A program made the position numbers and the translations under genes. A stretch of DNA of 64,000 nucleotides from the human T2T-CHM13v2.0 reference genome, Homo sapiens. The DNA lies in the NCBI RefSeq assembly GCF_009914755.1, contig NC_060944.1. One strand, written 5' to 3'. Shown in pieces: positions 49,867-64,000 of the stretch. Within the stretch, counting starts at the first letter, position 1, and each line of letters begins with the position of its first letter. The notes under the pieces were generated by a model. That model saw only the letters and a program-made list of their open reading frames with translations. It made no database searches and had not been told where the DNA came from.

Positions 49867-50335
49867 ATTTTTTATTTTTTTAATTTCAATAGCTTTAGGG
49901 GTACAAGTGGATTTTGGTTACATGGATGAATTGTATAGTGGTGAAGTCTAAGATTTTAGTGCACCCATCACTGGAGTAGTGTACATTATACCCAATAGGT
50001 AGTTTTTCATCCCTCCCCCTCCTCTTACTCTTCCCCCTTCTGAGTCTCCAATGTCCATTATACCACTCTGTACGCCCTTGTGTACCCATAGCTTAGGTCC
50101 CACTTATAAGTGAGAACATGTGGTATTTGTTTTTCAATTCCTGAGTTACTTCACTTAAAATAATGGCCTCCAGTTCCATCCAAGTTGCTGCAAAAGACAT
50201 TATTTTGTTCCTTTTTATGGATGAGTAGTAATCCATGGTGTATATATACCACATTTTCTTTATTCACTCATCAGTTGATAGGCACTTAGGTTGATTCCAT
50301 ACCTTTGCAGTTGCGAATTGTGCTGCAATAAACAT
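49867..50335 (-). mobile_element. L1MA1/2- or L1PB-type 3' end
   Basis: ggggtacaagtggattttggttacatggatgaattgtatagtggtgaagtc... Confidence 0.85.
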
Positions 50336-50453
50336 ACACTACACAGATATATTTTATATACTCATGTGAATGTATACTTTGCAGTAGAATGGGATATGAC
50401 CAATGCAAATAACTTAATCACACTTGTTGAAGTAGCAACAAGATGTACTTTCT

Positions 50454-50765
<312 letters not shown>

Positions 50766-51040
50766 TTACTCACAGGGTACAGGTAGCTTCATTATAAGTG
50801 GCCCCAATTCCTCATGACTAAAGTTTCTTTTCATTGATAGTAAGATTCATCCCACTTTCAGAATAGTTAAAAATTGACAAATGGGAGGTTGAGTATTTGC
50901 CAGACCTGAGGTGGGAGTCTTGCAGCTGTCATCTAATTATGATCCACAGTGTGGATATAGGATGCGAGATATACAGTCATGCTAGTGAAATTGAGAGCAT
51001 CAGTAACCCAAAATCAATGGTCTTTCCTTTTATTATTCAG

Positions 51041-51354
51041 CCTATAGTGGTGAAAAAAAATGCTGGAACAGATCAGGGCACTGCAGGAAACAATGCAAAG
51101 ATGGAGAAGCAGTGAAAGATACATGCAAAAATCTTCGAGCTTGCTGCATTCCATCCAATGAAGACCACAGGCGAGTTCCTGCGACATCTCCCACACCCTT
51201 GAGTGACTCAACACCAGGAATTATTGATGATATTTTAACAGTAAGGTTCACGACAGACTACTTTGAAGTAAGCAGCAAGAAAGATATGGTTGAAGAGTCT
51301 GAGGCGGGAAGGGGAACTGAGACCTCTCTTCCAAATGTTCACCATAGCTCATGA
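51041..51354 (+). CDS. DEFB118: Beta-defensin 118 exon 2: (A)[44 protein letters not shown]...SLPNVHHSS*
   Basis: Acceptor ttattcag|; six-Cys motif; 58+314=372 nt gives 123 aa; acidic S/T-rich tail; NRS sequon. Confidence 0.97.
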
Positions 51355-53309
51355 CTTCCTCTCGGCTATCACTCACCCCTGTCCTCAGAGTGATAAACTA
51401 AGTCACATACAGATAAAGCACTGAAAACACCACAGTGACCCTCCCACCCCCCACCAATATGTAATTCTATTAATAGAAACAGCTGTGTAAAGAAGTCTAA
51501 AATTTTCACTATTTCCAATGATAAACTCTTCAGTGCTCTTCTTGAAATGTCACATTATTTCCACAACAAGTTATAACCTATTTTTAGTATTTCTTGTTTG
51601 CTAGTGACCTATGCACAACTTCAATAGCTTAGTTAGCTATTCCAACAACAATTTCTTCATGTATCGTTCTGTCTTCTCAACAGCTGTCTTCATGGCAGCA
51701 TAAGTGGTCATGATCAAAATTCTAAATCTTTGCATCTGTGAGAGTAGCTACTATGACACTAAAAGCTTTTTTTCTAGAACAGGAGACACTTCAGGTGAAA
51801 GCATTCATTCTCCTACTAACTATGGCCTTGGAGCCAGGTTTTATCTCTCACTGTAGGAAATTGGCCGCCCCAGGTGTGAGCTATGAAGACTCCTTTTTGC
51901 CCCAGTGGCTTTGGGGTTGAAATGCTGTCGAAAAGCTTTTATGGCTCTGTAGACCCATCTTTTTGACCAAGCCTTGATCACACATGGACATCCAAGGGTA
52001 ATCATGGACCCCCAATTGTGGGTGAAAGGATGGATCATTTATCTACCTGATTACTGAGAGCTTTATTTGTCTCCCTCTGATAGCAAAAAAAAAAAAAAAA
52101 AAAAAAATCTTCACATCCTATCCCATCCACATAACTCTACAACAGACTTCATTTTACAAATTTTCCAATCTTGCTCTTTCCAAGTACCTAAACAACCAGC
52201 CAATCTATTACCAGCGTTCATGAATTACTATAGATCCATACCAAGCCTTCCTTCTACTGGAAGGTTTTCCCTTAACCACTGTCTTTTGGGCCACTGCCAT
52301 ATCATGCTGTAATGCAGCACTTCTGTCTGGTGCTAGCATGTCATGCAGACCATTCCACAAACCTGGCCTTGCTTTTTCCTCCTTTATTAAGTAACCATAG
52401 GAACCCCTCATGATACCATTAGTGTGTGATGAAGAAGAGGCAATAAAGCAGGAATGGGTGCCATAGGCATCTGAACCACCTGCTTCTGCGGTTTATGCTT
52501 GCCAGACCTGCTAAGTTCCAATTTTGAACATATTACTTTCAACTAACATTGGAATTCTTCTTCACAGGTCTAATTGTATTATTCAAGGGGTTAGATAATA
52601 CCTAATTCATGACGGGAAATTTCTGTCTCATTATTTTTTTAAACTTGTTATTCCTGATAATTCTGAAATTTGAAGTCTTTGAAAGTCTGAATCTCTAGAC
52701 TGATTTCTGCTGACCTTAATTCATGGTGCCTTATTTCCTTGTGTGTTTTGTGATTTGGGGCTCTGCTCTGTTTATTTTCCTCAGAAGTTTAGTTGAGTAA
52801 ACTAGTTGAGTCCTGAGTTAAAGGTCTACTCCTTTGTTTTCTTCTGTCTTTTTGGCACTACTAGTCTGGGACAACTTTAAACTTGATTTTTTTTTTCATA
52901 CGACCCATGTACTGTGAATTCAGGCTGAGAGACTTTATGAGATCTACCTTGAGGTTATAAATTCTCAGTGAAGATTTTTTTTCTATTTACTGAATACTTA
53001 GGTTCATAATCAGGCAATTTTCCTTGAAAACCTCTGGTGAAGGAAAAGGAATGTTTTATGTATCTGCTTTATTTTTACACAGCATACATAACACTTTAAG
53101 GACTGAGATTTATATAGGGGTCTCCTATTAGACTCGCATATTTTTTCAGACCCTAGTCACTGCCTTCTCTCCCCTGCTTACCCCCACCTTGGCCAAAGCC
53201 ATGGAAACCAAAACTCAAGTTCACCTGATTCAGCAAGTACCTTTGTGACAAAAGCTAGCGTCAGTTACTGCCTGTGAAAGAGTGCCCACTTGCACTTGGT
53301 TTTAATATT

Positions 53310-53650
<341 letters not shown>

Positions 53651-54500
53651 TTACTTTCTTGCAAGGTTAAAGATGCTTTAAAAGTTTTGTTGTATATTTT
53701 AAGTAAGTTTTTTTCACTGTTTTCAGTGGGAGGATCAGCCTGGGTTCCTCAACCAGTATTCTTCCTGAAACAGAGGTCCAGAACCAACACTTTTGTCCAG
53801 ATCATAAACCTTGTTGTTGGGATGGGTGGCAGCACCAGAGGAAGGAGAAAAAAAGATCATTGTCAAAGGATGAAACTATCACTCAGTGTCTAAAACCAAA
53901 ATGCTGAAATGATTGCTTTCTTAAGAACAGGAAAGCCATGCTGGTCCATCATAAGCTCCTTCACCAGAGTGAAGTGTTGAACTTACACAGCATTTGGGGA
54001 ACACATTTTGAGGGAGTTGTGTTGGTTACAGAGGTGGGAATTGGTTAATGACAATTTAGAAGTGTGTACACTGAAATGAATTCAAAGCTGATTGGCATAA
54101 TCAAAGCATAAGGCTGTCACTGACAATGAGCTTTCAGAAGTGTGTTCACTGAAGCAAGTTGTCGTTGATCAATGAAAAAAGTTTAAAACAGTTCAAGGTA
54201 TGTACTTATTGTCACGACCATAGGACTGTCAGCCTTTTCCTAGGAATGTGGAGAGTTTTTATTCTCAGAAGAGAAGAGTAACCCCAGAAGAATCCAATGA
54301 GACAAATAACAGAAGAGGAACCCCAAAAGATGATGTAGAAGGGGGAGCCTGAAAGTTAGGAAGAAAACAAAGAGTGAAATCACAGAACCCTAGGCAGTTA
54401 AGGTTTTCAAGGGGGGAATAACCTATAGTGGAAATGCTGCCTAGAGGCAGATTGAGATACAAGTTGAGGAACATTCTGAAACTTTCAAAACGGAGGTCCA

Positions 54501-54645
54501 GCTACACTTGTTTATATTTTTGTTTAACTTGTGGACAAAGATTTATAGACAGGTGCAAAAAATAAATCCTCTTTTGCAACCCAGAACTCATTGTTCGGTA
54601 TGAGTTTTAATACATATAAGAAGGGATATTATGATGAAAAAAAAA
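54501..54645 (+). ncRNA. H/ACA snoRNA retrocopy (SNORA40/ACA40-like) with 3' extension and poly(A)
   Basis: tttgtttaacttgtggacaaag...ggtgcaaaaaataaatcctcttttgcaacccagaactcattgttc...tACAtat (ACA at 54612-54614); A-tail; TSD aaaa(c/a)ggaggtcca. Confidence 0.8.
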
Positions 54646-55363
54646 AAAAGGAGGTCCACTGGTGACCTTGGCCAGAGCCAGTTCAATAGCAAATAAGCAC
54701 AAAGGCAAACTGTAATGAGTTGAGGAGAATCAGAGAAGAAGAGAAAGATAATGGGTTAAATACTACTCTACTTTTGACAGAATTTAGAACTGCTAGTGGG
54801 AGGTAAGACACAAAAAGTAAAATTAGAATTTTATATTAAAAAGCTGGTGTTAGTTGTCATTGGGGGCATAAGCCTCTTAGGTTTTGAAGAATTGGAGGAC
54901 CTTAACTATCAACAACAACAGCATCCAATATTCAAAGACCTTCTGCAATAACCACCAAACAGGCCCTTCAGCCTCACAGCTTGAAACCAACACAGCTTAT
55001 TCCACATTACAGCAGCTCTGTTGGTTATAACGTTTTTTCATGAACTAGGCCAAAGTTGTCTACAAGATCTCTACCTACTGCCCTATGTATCCATCCCACT
55101 GGTTAAAGATCCTCCCTGAGTTCTACATGGCACAGATTAAGTCATAAATCTGCCTAAAGCCTTCGACCCTCCCTCATTCGATTCATTCTTCCCCCTTCCT
55201 CACCGGCTTGTCTAGCTTCTCTGTAATTGTTTCCCCAGTTTTCCAGCCTTCTTTCTCATGGGGCTCACCCAGAATGAGACAGACATTGTCACCATGCAAA
55301 GCCCAGTCTCTCACTATGATTTCCAGTGGACCAAAGACAGACAAGGGTAGCAGGCACATGAAT

Positions 55364-55369
55364 TTTAAT
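55364..55369 (-). terminator. Putative DEFB119 poly(A) signal ATTAAA
   Basis: tttaat on the + strand, about 60 nt past the DEFB119 stop. Confidence 0.6.
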
Positions 55370-55429
55370 GAGGGGGGTTGACAGCAGGTCTCTGTGCCCA
55401 GAGAGCTTGAGAATGGTAATCACCAGCAC

Positions 55430-55623
55430 TCAAGGTAGTCTTGGCCACTGCTTCTCATAAGACCAGTCGGTATTTTCCTCTTTGCCAGAAATGCTTATCC
55501 TCATGTAGGACTGGAGGCAGCAGGACTGACAATTTCTGCAATAGAGGTAGGGCTGTTCGTTCTTTTTGCAAGAGGCCCTACAAATTCCACTGTTACCCAT
55601 GCATCGAAGGATGTGGCGTTTGC
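55430..55623 (-). CDS. DEFB119: Beta-defensin 119 terminal exon: (G)KRHILRCMGNSGICRASCKKNEQPYLYCRNCQSCCLQSYMRISISGKEENTDWSYEKQWPRLP*; exon 1 not found in window
   Basis: Minus-strand acceptor ttttttcctttggcag|gc, phase 1; defensin Cys motif; recognised sequence. Confidence 0.96.
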
Positions 55624-55822
55624 CTGCCAAAGGAAAAAAAATACAAATAGTTAATTCACCTAGGAGTGACATAAATCTGATAAGTCGGGAAGCATCATAA
55701 AAACCTAAAGGGGGAGCAGGGAGAAAACCTAAAGGACAATAGTGACTTCTACTTCCAGAAAAAAAAGAGTCAATGTCTTTTTCTCTATTTGTCCTGCCAA
55801 GTTCGGTTTAAAACCCTGGGTC

Positions 55823-55853
<31 letters not shown>

Positions 55854-55879
55854 ACACTCTGAAAGGTAAAGTAAAGAAG

Positions 55880-56740
55880 AACAAGGCAGGGACCTCAGGA
55901 CCTAAGGAAGGACACAGCCATGAATTCCCTGGGTTTTCTTTTTGCCTCATCGATTCCAGACTTGTGCTGGAGAGACTGACAACCTGGAAACACAAACGAG
56001 TGCAGACATAGAGTCCCAAGAAAAGTCTCCTCTCTCTAGCCAAAGAACCAGGAAAGGTCAACCTAGCAAGAAAGAACAATTTAGACAATAACCACTCCAC
56101 TCCAGGAAAAACCAAAGACAAAACTACACTCCCACTCATACATCCACCAAAGAAGGCTACGTGGAGAGCCTCGACTTCTGCCCTCTCCATGCTGTAAGGA
56201 GGTGTAACCTCCCAGAGTGGAACCTAAGTGGGGAGCGGGGACTATTATCACTGCTGGATGGTCACAAGGCCCATCACCACCATGCAGTGTCGATAGGAAT
56301 CATGTGGGAAGCCTCAACTTCCCCTATCTGGTGGGAAGAAGGCATCCCTCCCTCCACTTCCCTGATGGGGTGGTGACAGAGAGGGCCTAGTGCAGAGTCA
56401 AGACTTTCACCACCACACAGTAGTAACAGGGCCACCACTCCCTGAGATGTGACTTGGAGGCCACACGGGGAACAGAACATCCCTCCCCATCCCAACCAAG
56501 GCAGTACCAGAGGAAATACACCTGGACTTCCACCCACCTGGCAGTATCCAGGCAGCATCCCACTGTCCTCACCAGAGCTGTATCAGAGGAGACAAGCCAA
56601 CAAAGATCATTGAAATATGATCCAGCATCTCATAACATAATAATATCAAAAACATCCACGTTCCAGCAAAAATTACTCATCATACTGAGAACCAGGAAAA
56701 TCTTAACTTTAATGAAAAAAAAGACAATCAACAGAACTGA
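55880..56740 (+). mobile_element. Old L1M (L1MC/MD) 5'-region fragment
   Basis: aaattactcatcatactgagaaccaggaaaatc...aagacaatcaacaga. Confidence 0.5.
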
Positions 56741-56749
56741 GAGCCACCC

Positions 56750-60432
<3,683 letters not shown>

Positions 60433-60509
60433 AAATATCAATAAATAACCTAAGGGGCTATAGAGAGATTAAAAAAACAAAATCTAAAAAACAAGAATCC
60501 CTAGGTGAC

Positions 60510-60710
60510 CAATCCCAGTTCCCATTTTACTTGCTGTGTATCCTGGGGCAAGTTTCTGCACCTCCCTGTTCTACCCTTTTTCTCATATGTATAGTATAGA
60601 CCGGAAAAATATCTAACCCCTAGAATTTTGAGGATTAGTGGCTGAATACATAGAAGGCAATAAGGGACTGACACATAGTAAGAACTAAATGAATGTTAAT
60701 TATTATTGTT
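60510..60710. mobile_element. MIR
   Basis: aatcccagttccc...tcctggggcaagtt...acacatagtaagaactaaatgaatgtta. Confidence 0.65.
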
Positions 60711-61284
60711 GTTTTAAATTATCATTTGAGCAAGACCCAGAAACTCCTCTGCATCCTTGCTAACCCTGCCAGCCAGAACCACGTAGACCTAACACAGTGG
60801 TCCTCTGCTCCCTCCAGCCCAGAAGTTTCTCCACCCAGATTCCTGGAACCTGGAGTCAGCCTTTTGTGCCCCCACCAGATCCACTCATGCTTTCACTGGT
60901 GAATTCATTATTCATATTCAAGAAACACTCACTAAATCGCATTCGTGCCCAGCACTGGGCTTAACATCAGGCATGCAGATGTAAATAAAACATCATCTCA
61001 GCCCCTAAGGATTTCCACCTAATATGTGTGTGTTTGGGGGATTGATGGAAAGGGGACAATAATTCAAATAATTACACAATAACATAATACGTGTCATAAC
61101 TTCTTAAGAGTGACAGTTTGTGACGCCAATCAAAACTCAGTTTGGAGAAAAAGTGATAACCTAGAAAAGGGACATCAAATTCTCCATAGCCTTTAAAGAG
61201 CCAGTAAACAGAGAAAGAAATGTTGAGTGCTGAGGGAAAAGTTCAAGCTAGAACTGTGTACGTAGCTAAAATTTTCTTAACTGA

Positions 61285-62267
<983 letters not shown>

Positions 62268-62364
62268 ATAGATAAGGATACATTTAGATATTTTCAAAAG
62301 TAAACCCACTGAGAGACTTGATCACCAACAGGAGCTTCTTAAGAGTAAATTACAAGGGTTTAAA

Positions 62365-62630
62365 AATATAATTCCATAGAATGAATAAGATCTGGTATTT
62401 GATAGCATAACAGGATGACTGCAGTTCACAATAATTTATCGTACATTTTAAAATAACTAAAAGAGTATAATTGGATTTTATGTAATACAAAGAAGAGATA
62501 AGTGCTTGAGGTAATGGATATCCCATTTACCCTGATGTGATCAGTATACACTAAATTCCTGTATCAAACTATTTCATGTGCCCCGTAAATATATACACCT
62601 ACTATTTATCACAAAAAATAAAAATAAAAC
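62365..62630 (+). mobile_element. L1MA 3' end fragment
   Basis: atagaatgaataagatctggtatttgatagca...aaatatatacacctactat. Confidence 0.8.
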
Positions 62631-63599
62631 AACTTTTAAGATAAAAAAAATTCACCGAAAACAAAAAAGTAAACTATAAGAAGAAAGAAAAGAGTTCTTA
62701 TATGAAGATCTGAGAATCAAAGTGAAGGAATAATAGATATGGTATGGGAAATCAAATCATAGTGGATGAGAGGTGAGTCACAACCACAGTATAAAACATT
62801 AAGTTTAAGCAGATATCTGCAATTTGAAAATTGGAATTTGGAAAAAGTGTCCTCTAGTCTGCAAGTGTGCTAATTAGGATCAGCTGAGATCCCTCCATTC
62901 TGACATTATCCTCCCTAAATACGTGAAATGTAGACTTTTAACACAAATTTTTAAAAATTTTTTCTAATGTTCAGAAACAGTTTTTCCACTGTTTCCATGT
63001 CACTTCATGTGAGTGGTAAGAACAGTAATGATCATTATCATTCTTTTCTTTTTGTTTTCAACCTAACCTGAGTCAATTCTCTCTGCCTTCTATTTTTGTA
63101 AAATATAGACACCAGAAGACACCATCCCAACTGAATTTAGACAATGTTATTGTAAACTTCAAAAATAAAAGAAAAGAAAACTGAAAAAAATAAGCTACTG
63201 CTCTCACCTTAATCAGAATGAATGTGAATCCACAATACAATTAACAAACATTTCTGCCTTAGACCCCAGGAATACAAATTAACAAACTGCTAGACAAGAC
63301 TATTATTCTGCTAGATGGAGAGTAAAGAAAGTCTAAAAGAGGCAAGGAATGATATCACCTCAAGCCTCACTGTTTTCTCAACTGAAAAATCCTTTTTCTA
63401 CTCCAGATCTCTACTCAGGCCTCATTTTAGGATTCCCTGAGAATTGTTCCTTTCTCATAGAATGCCCATATCAAGTGATAATCCAATGTCTGCCATTACT
63501 CAGTGACAGTTTAGTACCTACTTTGTATCAAAGAAACAAGACAAATAACAAAAGACAAAAAAAAAAAAAAAAAACACAGTTTGATTCCCTGCTCTATCT

Positions 63600-63740
63600 T
63601 AATACTGTGTGACTTGGGCTAATTATGTCACCTCTCTGGACTTCAGTTTCCTAATAAGTAAGATAGAGATAATAAGAGGATTGTTGTAAGAATGGAATGA
63701 CACATAGCAAGGGTCAATGAGAACTATTATTATAGCTATT
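63600..63740. mobile_element. MIR fragment
   Basis: ctgtgtgacttgggc...cacctctctggacttcagtttcc. Confidence 0.65.
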
Positions 63741-63765
63741 ATAATTGTTAAGAAATAATGACACA

Positions 63766-64000
63766 GGGCTGGGTGTGGTGGCTCATGACTGTAATCCCAG
63801 CACTTTGGGATGCTGAGGCAGGTGGATCACTGGAGCCCAGGAGTTTGAGAGCAGACTGGGCAACATAGTAAGACCCTGCCTCTAAAAACACAAATAGAAA
63901 AATTAGCCAGGCATGGTAGCGCACACGTGTAGTCCCAGCTACTCAGGAGGCTGAGGTGGGAGGATTGCTTGAGCCTGGGAGGGTTAGGCTACAGTGAGCC
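63766..64000 (+). mobile_element. AluJ (runs off window)
   Basis: J-type diagnostics. Confidence 0.88.

Noticed and set aside
55729-56190. 153-aa minus ORF in the DEFB119 intron
   Set aside because: Spans a (TG)n microsatellite and antisense old L1 sequence; no protein features

Overview
Human (primate) genomic DNA, repeat-rich, from the epididymal beta-defensin cluster I recognise as chr20q11.21. It contains the complete two-exon DEFB118 gene (+, 123 aa), the terminal coding exon of DEFB119 (-; exon 1 not in window) and the DEFB117 pseudogene (+). For DEFB117 I could locate a disabled exon 1 (ATG>ATA plus a 1-nt deletion) about 6.5 kb upstream of an exon 2 with an intact six-Cys core. Other content: a HAUS6 processed pseudogene (-), a full-length L1PA3/4 with intact ORF1 and antisense ORF0, retrocopies of 5S rRNA and SNORA40, a polyadenylated LTR8 fragment with TSD, and many Alu, L1M, MaLR, MIR and L2 relics. 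Most notable: a second, ORF-intact copy of the DEFB118 promoter plus signal-peptide exon inside the DEFB118 intron, carrying a double-hairpin insertion and an in-frame cryptic acceptor. Also notable: a possible unannotated DEFB115-like relic exon near 1.0-1.1 kb, a duplicated segment inside the HAUS6 retrocopy, and a 162-bp templated insertion. Gene and subfamily names come from my recall of the sequences, not from database searches. Repeat boundaries are approximate unless TSDs are given.
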